Source: Paragordius varius
Lineage: Eukaryota; Animalia; Nematomorpha
Length of the DNA: 64,000 nt
Direction of reading: 5' to 3'
Assembly: GCA_964247055.1 (NCBI GenBank)
Contig: OZ176052.1
Coordinates: 8,432,001 to 8,496,000, forward strand
The position numbers and the translations under genes were made by a program. Shown here one piece after another: positions 13,000 through 23,981 of this stretch; position 1 is the stretch's first letter; each line of letters starts with the position of its first letter. Under the pieces are notes generated by a model. That model searched no databases. It saw only the letters and a list, made by a program, of their open reading frames with translations, and was not told where the DNA came from.

Positions 13000-13889
13000 G
13001 TAAAAAGCATCAAACTGAAAAAGAAAGCTTAAGTTATAATATCTCCAATTACAAAAATCAAGGGAGAAAACAAACCTAAACATTGGTATTGAAGCAAACT
13101 TTTATTCAGATTTGAGGAAAGACATTAATGAATATCCCAATCAATAATGGATCCAATTTCGTATAAATCAATCGCTATGATCAGCCTTAAAGATGATGTG
13201 AACAATGAAAAAAAGATAAACAATTTAGTTTTGGTAGTCACGGTGTGACTTTACCTATTAATTTGTCTGGCTTTCGTGAAGCGTTTAAGGATTGGTGATT
13301 AGAATATGTATTAAATATTGAAAAAATATAAATAAATAATAAAAATTATATTGTATTTTTTAAACTCTTTTGAAGGCAATATTTTTGAAAATAGATTGAA
13401 TTTTAGGCTTTTTTGTTTATATCTGCTTGACCCGATGATTGTCTCATCCCAGTAAATATGTGTTTTAAACAAATTAGTTGTGAATAAGGTATATGGCATT
13501 TGTCGTATTTTAATTATTGTAATTAGCCTTATGATTCCATACGATACTTTTTGTTCATTTTTTCATGACGGATAGATCATTTTCTAGGATTTAGCTGTAA
13601 ATGTTATATCAACGGCAAAACTTTTATCGATAGTTAATTCTTGTTACCCGCAAAATACAAAAATTTTTTTTATTTGGATCCGGTTTCATTGGTGTTTATA
13701 GTAAAATTTTTATATAACAATTTTATTATAATAATATTACCAAAATATCAACAATCGTAAATCAAAATGTAAAATATTTTGAGATTTTTAGCGTAATTAA
13801 AAAAATGGCACTTAAGATATCCTATTTTACTTTTCCTAAACTATAAATGAATCAGCGTAGTTAAAGATTCATCTTTTTTCTGGACTTCA

Positions 13890-14430
13890 TGGAGAAATTT
13901 TCTGTAGGCTCATCTGTCTGAGGATAAATTGATCAGATTGGAGATGTGGCTGTCATTTGTTAATTGTTTTGCTTTTTCTGGGTCTGCATCGTTTTCGCCT
14001 ACCCTCTACCAGGCTGTTAATTTGAAGGGAAGAAAATATGATAAACGTGAAATGATATTTATTCGGTTTTTTTGTGGTTTATATATACTAATTTTAGGTG
14101 TACATAATTTACATTATAACAATAAAATTTCAAGTAAAGGATATAATATTTACATAATACCAAAAAAATATTAAAATAATACAATTCAAATCTCGCAGAA
14201 AATTATGATATGCAACCAAAGTATATATTTCAAATTTGCTTGTAACACAGGCCCATCATAATTGTTTTCTCCAATTGGAGGCTGCGGACGACGCGGAATT
14301 GGCCTAATCGCCGTTTAGTTATCAATCGAAGTAATTTAGTCTTAGGGGTCATTCATTAGTGAGTTTGTCCGTCCATTTTTTACCAAGTAGCATTCTCCAG
14401 CAAGCATGCTCAAATGCTTAGAGACTCCAA
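13890..14430 (-). mobile_element. Paralogous RTE 3' fragment interrupted by a 233-bp insertion
   Basis: Collinear with 7320-7650 apart from the 14015-14247 insertion. Confidence 0.72.
14015..14247. mobile_element. Solo-LTR-like (or Ginger-like) insertion, TGT...ACA, 5-bp TSD CAGGC
   Basis: caggc (14010-14014) | TGTTAA...TGTAACA | caggc (14248-14252). The paralogous site at 7449-7453 has a single caggc. An internal AATAAA lies near 14121. Confidence 0.75.
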
Positions 14431-14732
14431 TATATAGATACGGTTTTTTCCAGAAATTTACTTTTAATTAAATAGCATACAAAACTACGTAATAGATAAT
14501 GCATGTTGTTCTCTTCAAGTGTTTAAGGAAGATACTCTGAAAAGAATTGAAGGAGTAGTAAAAAATTTTATCTTTTTTGTCATTATTAAACGACAAATTT
14601 TAAAAATATATGTTTATTTGATTTTGATGGTAAATTACAAAATTTTTTATCTAATAATCAACAATAATAATTTAAACGAATAGTAACAATTTGTTTTTTA
14701 AAATTAATGAATACTATCATATATAGTTACTG

Positions 14733-15120
14733 CAGTGGCGTACCGAGCATTTTCGGCGCCCGGGGCATAAAAATTTTATGGCGCCCCTCCCCCCCTTTTT
14801 TTAAAAGCCAATAAAACAATTTAGTAAAAATACAAACTTTGTAACCTAAACACCAGAGATAAGACAGCAGAGTCATATAAATTTTAAATCTATTAAACAT
14901 ATATATTTATATGATACTAAATTTATTCAATGATACTAATTAGGTGAATAATAGAGTATATATTATAGGGATTATTACCTAAATTGCTGAAAAATCTCAT
15001 TTGAAAGTTCTTATTATTTTTGCATAATTAAAATTTAATTTCAAAAAATCATTTAGGCGCCCCTAATTAACGGCGCCCGGGGCAGGATGCACTCCCTTGC
15101 CCCCCTTCGGTATGCCCCTA
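14733..15120. mobile_element. GC-tipped MITE, imperfect 14-bp TIRs (CAGTGGCGTACCGA / TCGGTATGCCCCTA), hAT-like termini
   Basis: The TIRs match at 11 of 14 positions. Subterminal ggcgcccggggc and ggcgcccct repeats are present. The flanking direct repeat is gttactg (14726-14732 and 15121-15127). Confidence 0.75.
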
Positions 15121-16608
15121 GTTACTGCCTATCTTTACTTTGCTTATTTTTCTCAAAATCGTGTTAAATATGTAACATTGTGAATATTCCTAGAACCACT
15201 AAAGAAGCATGAGTGCTGCCCTGTTTTGAAACAGATAAAAGCGTAATAGGACGGTAAAGGTCGTATTTTATGGATAGCATAGAGTACATATGGCCGTTTT
15301 TAGGACACTTAGATTCCTACTCGCTCCGCACAACAGTGACAATATAAATAATTATAATATTCTTCCTGCAATCACCATATTTTAATCTTATAATAATTAA
15401 ATGTGTAAAGTAAAAATCTTTACCTTTTATATTATATGTCCAGTAAAAGCAATTTACCTTTGCATGATCTGTTATCTGACAATAATTAATGAAAAACCAG
15501 CAATGTATATCATATACTGTATTTTGTGAAATGATTCCTTTCTATTCGCTAAGCAATTTAGTTACATATTTGCAGTATGCATTTTATTGTATGTTAAGTA
15601 ATTTTTTTGTCAGTTAAATTACATAAATGGTTTATCAAATGCGTAAAATACTGCTCCACAAAATTATATCGTAGTACACATATGAAAGAGGATTGACCTG
15701 AGAATTAACATAGGCTTAATTTGATGGATATTTTTGAATGCTAAGTTTCGAAAATATTATAGCAATTTATGTTAATATTTGAATATAGTGTTGATATATA
15801 TTAATAAATAGATGAATAGGTATTTTGAGAATATTTATGTTAAATCCTAATTAAATTTAATAATTAATATTTTTCAACATGATAAATACCTGTATTAATC
15901 AAAATTGGTATTTTTTTATATAGATGTAATTACTAATTAAAAAACACAGGTAAATATATATAAGTTTGTAAATATCTTAGATTTTTGTTGTTTTAGTTTT
16001 TTAGGTTTTGCATTGTTAATTAAAATTATATATTTTAAATATTTGACCTATTAATATATACATAAAAATATTTGGGTTAAAAATTTATGTAGATTATTCT
16101 TTTGTTTTTATGTTTTGTATTGTTTTTATTAATTTTGAAGAATTTCAGACATTTTAATAAATAAATGTAAAAATTACGGTTTTTAATAAATTTAGTTAAT
16201 ATATTTTTTTGTTTTATTTATCATTGTTAATCGTAATTAAATACTACATATTTTAAACTAATAGTATCAATATATATTTGATCAGGATATAGTTTTGAGG
16301 ATACACTATTGTCAATTTCAAGAGTGAAAAGTAAAAGATTGAAATTACACTTCAATTATGAGCGCAATGCCTAAATTATATATTAAGAATTAAGTATCTA
16401 AATAGTTGTAGATTAATTGATTGTAATCTTTAATGTTTTTAAATATCGATCAGTTTTGAGAATAGAGCCAAAATCAATATTGCGCACAACATAAACTTTA
16501 TATATCAATTTTCATATCATCTGCATAAGCGCTGTTTTGATATACATGCATTAAACAATCTGATATTTATGTTTAATTTTATTTTTATTATATTTTTAAT
16601 TTTCACAG

Positions 16609-19600
16609 TCAGGGCGAGTATAAATAATTATATTCCGGATCAAATTCACTTATCGTTTGGGGGTAAAATCACTTTTAATTTTAGACATTAATTCCACCAT
16701 TATTAAAGTTGTTTGGATAACACACGCTAGAGTACCAGATCCCTTTGTTAAATATAAAAAACACGATGAAAATATTTGGAGGTCCAAACACGGAACTATT
16801 TCAGAGTTTAAATCCGATCATTATTTGGAATATGTATATCAGGCTTCCCTAGACGATTTGTTTCCAAACACTACTTATTGTATTTTTTATTTTTAATGAA
16901 AATTAGATTATCATTGTGGTAGCCCAAAATTTGGATGGAGTGACGAATCATCATTTACAACTTTACCTCAGCCATATAAAAATGAAGAAAATTGGTCAGT
17001 AAATCTTATAATTTTTGGCGATTTGGGGGTTGGTAACGCTCAATCGCTAACTGATATTCAAGAAGAAATTTTTCAAGCTAATCCCTTATCTTTTCCAAAA
17101 CGACATAAAACTCTGAGTAATTTAATTGCTTATCACATAGCAATTTGAGCCATTATTTACTTTAAAGAAATGAGTTTTTTAATAAACGTGACCTAATTTA
17201 AACAAATTTTACCCCTTTTTTCGTTATCTCAAAGCTTTTTCTTTTATGTCTGGATTGAGCTTTTGACCAGTATTTAGTCTTTATGCAGTTATTTACAGTC
17301 ATAAGTTAATAATACCATTAAAATGGTATATTATGATTGTGTGTTAGAGCTTAGTCGCGTAGCGACTCTTAGCCCTCTTAGAAATCAGCTTTTTCCATTC
17401 CAGACGATCTTCAGACTTTCGAGTTATTTGGTAAAGGATTGGTAAATGATTTTATAATATTGAGCTACCGATTTTTGGGGCGGCCTCTTTTGCGAGTACT
17501 ATCGACCAACCTAAGGAGAATGTTTTATCAATTGGATCGTACAATATGGCCAAGATATTTTAATTATAGATTACTATATTGGTTTGATGAAGTTAAGTTA
17601 TGAATTAGAGATGTGGCCTTTCCAGAAGATGCCCAGAGTTTTCCGAAAGCACCACATTTGAAACGAGTTGAAGCGATTTTTGTCGGTGGTATACACATGA
17701 TTCAGAACCGTAAATATTGACGGGGTAAACCATCGCCTTTAGGATGGCGAATTTAATTAAAAAACTAATTTTTAATAATGTCATTAATCTATATATTTAT
17801 AAAAATGGAAAATGCTGGCTTTGTGATCTGGTACAGGAAAACCGGTAGACCCATTACCCAAAAAATATAATCATTAATGAATGCCCCGACAATAGCTTCG
17901 CCCTTTTTTTGAATAAAGCCCCCAGTTCGGGCCTACCGAGTAAAAAACGTTTTTTTTAAAAAAAACAAAAGTCCACAAAAATCGTGTCTTTTACAATTTT
18001 CCGGAAGACGTGTTGGACCATTCGATTTCAAATGTGATTTTTTTAGTTATTTTCGATTGCGCCAAACATAATCGTCTCGCTTTTTAAACTTAGGCCCTCT
18101 TTTTACCCGCTCCCCCCGTAAAATGCCATTTTTTAAAAAAAAACAAAGTCCACAAAAATAATTTTTTGTTTGTATTTATTTGCCCAAGGTATTTCAAATA
18201 ACCACCCCCCCCCCCCCCCCCCCCAGAAGTCCGAAGGACTTCCTCGGGCTGCGTAGCAGCACGAGATTTACGCTAGTATAATAATAATTAACCAACTGAT
18301 AATGTTTAAAATTTCTCAATTTTTAAATTAAATCTTCTATATATTAATTTTATGTGTTTAAGATAATATTTTTTATCCTAACCGTTTTTTCCAATTCCAA
18401 GTCCAATTTTTTACCTCTCGTTCCGGTTTCGTTATTTAGTTTTTCAAGAAAAACGTTTTTGATCAAATAGTGCTAGTAGTGGGTTTCAGTCAAAAGGTTT
18501 TAATTCCGGGTTTTTTTTAATTAGGATAGCACATGTAAAAAAAGTGTCTCAAAAACACATATTATAAACCATAAATTTAAAAATTGAAAAGTATTCAAAT
18601 ATAAGAAAAACAAGTTTTACCTTGTATTAATTATACAAAATAAATGATTAATAAAAGGTTTTTCTAACCGCTGCCAAAAATTGCCGTCTATTAGGCTGTA
18701 AAGTTATGTTAATGGTCCCGTTCCACATAAACAGTTAGAGTTTCGATCCTTGATTTTTTAAGCGGTCAGCAATATAAGAACATTTATAAAACCCGTCCGA
18801 ATTCTAACTCTAATTACCATATTTTTAATGTATTTACTCTATTTTTGTGTTTAGATACGACTAAAGCAAAATCTCCAACCGACGGTGTAATTAACGCTAT
18901 TCTCCATGTCGGAGATTTTGCCTACGATATGCATCAAGATGATGGACTCAGAGGGCGGCTTTTTATGCGACAGATCCAACCAATCGCCTCCCGCGTTCCG
19001 TATATCACGTGCCCTGGAAACCATGAACATCACGGGAATTTTTCTCATTACAAACATAAATTGGGTGCTGGTATGCCTGGAGATCCTGAAGGGGCCAACA
19101 TGTTTTATAGGTTTGAGCAGTTATTTAGTTAGTTAGATACAAGTTTTTGTCGGAAAGTTCAAAAATAGTATATTATAGTACTTTTATTGTTGGCCATTTC
19201 ACATTATTATTTGAGCAATTGGCAATTCTATAGCGTATGGATAAAAAACAACAAATGTTTGAAATCAAACATTTTTCCCCATCTTACAACATTAAATTTT
19301 TAATTATAAACAAAATTTGTTTTATATCATAGGCTATTATATTGCTAATTGGCCAACAATCTGGGTATTTTAATTTTAGATAACTTTATGGTTATATGTT
19401 TTTTATTTATTGTTTTGTAAATTTAACTTTTATATTTTGCATAAAGGTGTGAAAACCCTTCGTAAAAAGTCATTTTTAAATATTATGATTAATATAAGTT
19501 TGTTTTAATCTTGCTAATTGATGTCAATTTAATGATTTGTATATACAATTTGAGATTGGGAATTGCGCCTTTTTTTATTCCTCCTACTCCTCATCTTTAT

Positions 19601-20527
19601 CAATATCGATCATAAAAAAATTAGGAACCCAAATGCCTATAACTAAATGCATTTTATTTTATAAATTTTTTTTTATATTTGAACCGATAAAGCATATACA
19701 TTAAAATGTGTCTATTTTACTTATAGTTTCAATATGGGTCCAGCGCATTTTATTTCTTTTTCTACGGAATATTATTTCTTTTGGGAATATGGGTTTTGGC
19801 AAATAAAGAAGCAATACGAATGGCTTGAAGCCGATTTAAAGGTTATTTCAATATGTAACCCTTAAAACAATTTGTTAGACACGCATTTAATTTGTAAAAA
19901 TATTATATTGTTATTTACTTTAAATAAGAGTGATATTGACATACTAAAATATTCTAATATGCTAAAAATTATAGATTTTATGCGTAGGTATTTATTTAAA
20001 ATTTTTTATCATAATTAACACAATAAGGAAGCAACGAAACCAGAAAATCTAAAATTACGACCATGGATAATAACATTTGGCCACAGACCTATGTATTGTA
20101 GCAATTGGAATACCGATGATTGCACTAAAAATAGTAGCATAGTAATTATATATCAATTTTTAGGTTGATTTCTCATTTAAGTTTGTATTTAACATTTGTG
20201 GTTTTTTAACTGCGTTTACTATATCAGATAGCCTTTTTTATTTTAATATTACCTTTTTTTCTCGTATAATTATATCAATAATTCCGATTCATTTATAAAA
20301 TGATATACATTGATAATTATATTATTTTTTATATGGAATATAAGTAATAACTATTTTTTGAACAAAAACATCATATATCTTTAAAAATTCAATTAGTAAT
20401 TTTTTTTTCAATTTTAAAACAATTAGTCATGCAATTCCTTTTTATTTTATCTAATGTTATTATTTAAAAGCCACTATTTGATTCTAAAATTAAATGCGCT
20501 TAAATTTATGTAATAATTTGTTTAATA

Positions 20528-20575
<48 letters not shown>

Positions 20576-23030
20576 TATTTTAATCTGTTTATAGTAACGA
20601 ATCCAAAATGTCAATAAAATATTATTTCTATATATATGTGTGATATTTTCATTTTAGGTACGAACGGGTATCCCATTTTTAAGATGGTATGGATTGGAAT
20701 CTCTTTTTTACAAGTACGGTGTTGATATTGAATTATGGGCGCATGAACATAATTATGAGAGATCATGGCCTGTTTACAATAAAAAGGTTTTTATTTTAAC
20801 AAAATTTTTAAATAATTTATTCTTTCGTAACCGTATCCTACCTTTTTTAAAAATGTGTATATTGATTTGGGCGATTTCATTACTGTAGTTCTATATAATT
20901 GTTCTTCTCCCTCATAAAAAAGGTGCCTAATTATCGCATGATCATTATCACACTTTCTTTAGATTTATATAAGATCGGGAATTTTATTAAACAACTTTTA
21001 ATAATTGCGTGACATTGCAAACAAAAAAATCTTGTTGAAATGTATTTAGGCAGAATCCTGATTCTCATGGTCCATTAATAGTTTACGGGTTATTTAAGGT
21101 TTTTTTCAACTCTTATAGTGTGTTTCTTATACTAAATACTACACGTGTCAAAATAAAATTACTTTTCGCAAAAAATTTTGCCAATGTTTTGAATAAAAAT
21201 TTATGTTTATTTAATAATCTGGCATATTCTTGCAATGCCGGTTTTAAGCGTTTATTTTAAGGTACCCATTTCATCGGATTGAATTTTAATGCCGTTGTTT
21301 TCCATTTTTAATTTAATCTACATAAAAATAATTTGATTGAAAGCGATCAACTTTTGCTAAAACTTAATTATACCTAATATGCGCTAAATTTTCAGCATTT
21401 CTGATTTAGATATAATAAAAGTTATTCCGTTTTTTAGACGCATAAGCGATTGTTGATACATCTACCAAAATATACCTCTTTTAGGAAATTTTAAAAATTT
21501 GGCGTCTGTGTATTAACTTAAAATATTAATATTTGAACTACTTTTAATATTAATATTTATTAACGTTTATAATCATGTCTCTCCATAATTAAGTTGACTG
21601 AAGCCTCATATTCATTAAATTGAAAAATAATAACTTAACCATAATAAAATTATTTTTTTTCACGATTTAAAAAATATATTGTAATAAACTATTCACAGTC
21701 AAGCAAATATATTTAATATTTGGTTATATTTAATTTTACGCATTACAATTTTAATAGGTAATGAATCATACTGACTTATCTGATCCATATATACAGCCAC
21801 TAGCTCCTATCCATATAATAACTGGAAGCGCAGTAATCATTTTTTAATTAATATCCCGCAATTTGTAGAACATATATACCGAATAAAATAAACAATCTAG
21901 CGCTTCCTTACCTTTTAAATTTATAGCCTATATGGCTTAAATCCGTAAAAAAAATAAAATAAAAAATAATTTTGGTAAAATCATTATATTTAAATATTTT
22001 AAGATAAGAGTTATAAAGTTTTGAAATTTTTAGAGCTTAAAATCAATTAAAAGAAACAGCTAATTTTTCCTAATGTATTGCAATATAATTAATTGCATTT
22101 AAATTAATTTTTACATAATATATTTCGATTTGTAAATTTTTAGCGATTTATTAAACATCCAGAAAAGCATTATCGGTAAAAAGTTTGAGATTAGGATTTT
22201 TTACATATTTTATATTTTTTTGATTAATGCGCCTAGGCCATCATATACTTTTAATAATTGGCCCAATATTAGATTTTTTAGATGAATTTATTTTGGGGGT
22301 AAAAAACCCAAAAGGTGATTGAAGTTTTTGATTATGATAAATATAAAAATAAATTAACCCAAAAATTAATATTTAACATTAGTTTAGCGAGCATGATAAT
22401 TTTGAACAAATGCTTTAACAACTCGTATAATTTTAACTTAAATTATTTATTTCTATTTGTAAAATTTTTAGCAAGTCTTTAAGTATCAATTTTAATTATA
22501 TAATAATATTATGTAGGTTTTACGTAATACAATTTTTATACTTTTATATTTCTATAATAAATGTTTTTATGAAGGATTGAAATTAAGTTTTTTGTACACC
22601 CACATAAATTAATAGGGTTTTTTAATATATAGTGACGTTTTTTAATATTATCTTTAAATATATTTAACGGTATGTTGTGGATTTTTTTATCTTTTATTTA
22701 TTTAAAAAATATAGGGTTGTTCTGAAAAACATGATTCTTTTGAACAAAAACAACCCGAATGGTCAGCATTTCGAAGCCTCGATTATGGTTATACAAAGAT
22801 GAAAATAGTTAACAAAACCCATTTATATTTAGAGCAAATTAGTGTCGATCAAGTAAATATATTAGCCAAAATAGTTTGTTGTAATTTTTTAATTTTGTAA
22901 TAGTTTGATTTAACTATACATTATTCTGAACTATTTATGAAATTTTTATATATTTTTTATAATTTAATAGGGTAAAGTGATCGACAACATTTGGGTCATC
23001 AAAAGAAAAAACCTCATTGGTAATGAATAG
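16609..23030 (+). CDS. ACP7: Purple acid phosphatase (acid phosphatase type 7). Exons 16609-16662, 16685-16879, 16907-17116, 18855-19110, 19727-19841, 20028-20141, 20658-20786, 21758-21832, 22715-22852, 22971-23030. First (signal-peptide) exon not located
   Basis: All five PAP metal-ligand motifs are intact: FGDLG, HVGDFAY, PGNHE, FGHRPMY, WAHEH. N-terminal PDQIHLSFG...VVW...YHCGS...GWS and C-terminal IITGSAGC and GYTKM match ACP7-type enzymes. The exon sum of 1346 nt plus 1 nt from the missing exon gives 449 codons. Confidence 0.93.
17335..17752 (-). mobile_element. Decayed RTE-clade retrotransposon 3' fragment in an ACP7 intron
   Basis: The minus strand reads LKAMVYPVNIYGSES...GRPKNR...EDRLEWKKLI, resembling RTE KAMVFPVVLYGCESW...GRP..RW...DR..W. 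It is frameshifted. Confidence 0.75.
17788..18276 (+). mobile_element. Non-autonomous Helitron (489 bp) in an ACP7 intron
   Basis: A|TCTATATATTTATAAAAATGG...hairpins...CTAG|T, with a 20-nt poly-C run at 18205-18224. Confidence 0.92.
20533..20572. repeat. (TA)n microsatellite in an ACP7 intron
   Basis: Direct. Confidence 0.9.
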
Positions 23031-23071
23031 CCATAGATATATTAGAGACAAATAAATTAATATATTTTTTA

Positions 23072-23429
23072 TTATCCGCGTGGTAAGTTAAGTTTTGCAT
23101 ATGCATTTTGGCGTCTCTTGTGCATTTTACGAATGCGTATCCAGTATTCAGCAGAATCAATTTCTATTTGTTCAAATGGTATTTTTTCTAGTCTTAATTC
23201 CCAAAGCCAGTTGGGATATTCAGAGTCACTTTTTATCGGAATATCTGGCTCGTCTTTGTGGTAGTTAGCACCACAAACAAAGTTACAAAGTTTCTCAGGA
23301 TCTGTTTCAACATCATATAAAACTCTTTTGGGTTTTTTATTTATTGGTGGCAATTTATCTAAATAAAATAATAATTATACTTTGAAGAACATTTGTAGAA
23401 TATTTTTTGACGAAATTAAAAATTCGCAT
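23072..23429 (-). CDS. MRPL54: Mitochondrial ribosomal protein mL54. Exons 23429-23381 and 23358-23072 (about 111 aa)
   Basis: VETDPEKLCNFVCGANYHK...IKSDSEYPNWLWEL...YW matches the mL54 family. The ORF-track start is a TTG. The only nearby ATG exon (MRIFNFVKKYSTNVLQ, presequence-like, with an in-frame stop just upstream) joins in frame through a 22-nt GT-AG intron. Exon 1 is less certain than the gene identity. Confidence 0.85.
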
Positions 23430-23981
23430 GTGCGATTATTTTTTAAAATGATACCACATATGATTTTAAGCTCAATATTGCTAATCTTAATTATCGTTTT
23501 AATCGCGTAAGATTTAATATATAGAATATTAGACCTATATTAAAATATGCATTCTATGATTAGGCTTATTTTACAAAAAATTTAACAATACTTTTAATTT
23601 TTTCTGCCAAAAATTTAGTGTGGATTACACTGAATCGCTAAAAAACTAGTACAAAACCATTTTGGAAACTATAAAGCAAAGCAGTTAATTTCAAACCGAT
23701 TTATTGATGTATCAAATTAAATTATCGGTATTAATAGAGTGTTTGGAATAAAAGCCTGAAACATCCAATAGACTGTTAAACTTGTAAGGTTTTTTTGTTA
23801 AATAAACACTGCGTCCTATCGTAGGGTTAAAAAATTTTCCTGATGGAATATATATGTTCTAATAGATAATCAGGATTCTCTTGGCACTTATGAATGATAA
23901 CAAAATAATTTGTACCTGTGTGGTAAAAGCTCGATAATATATTGCAAAATTAGCGCACATTACAGGTAAGCAAAAATATCA

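Larger units (their letters stand above)
2370..14690. repeat. Tandem segmental duplication: two ~5.3-kb units (about 2600-7900 and 8100-14690) with a short third terminal copy at about 2370-2520
   Basis: Collinear similarity, e.g. 2641 gatagtttattttaatgtttatccccatatctgctgga vs 8183 gatagtttatttcagtgttaaaccccatatctgctgga. ORFs 4460 and 11053 are near-identical. ttctcttcaagtgtt occurs at about 2413, 7729 and 14509. Unit 2 is longer because of a Helitron and an LTR-like insertion. Boundaries are approximate. Confidence 0.9.

Noticed and set aside
15480-16400. Candidate first (signal-peptide) exons for ACP7
   Set aside because: Several hydrophobic stretches exist, but none combines an ATG with a convincing phase-1 donor, so the start is left unassigned.
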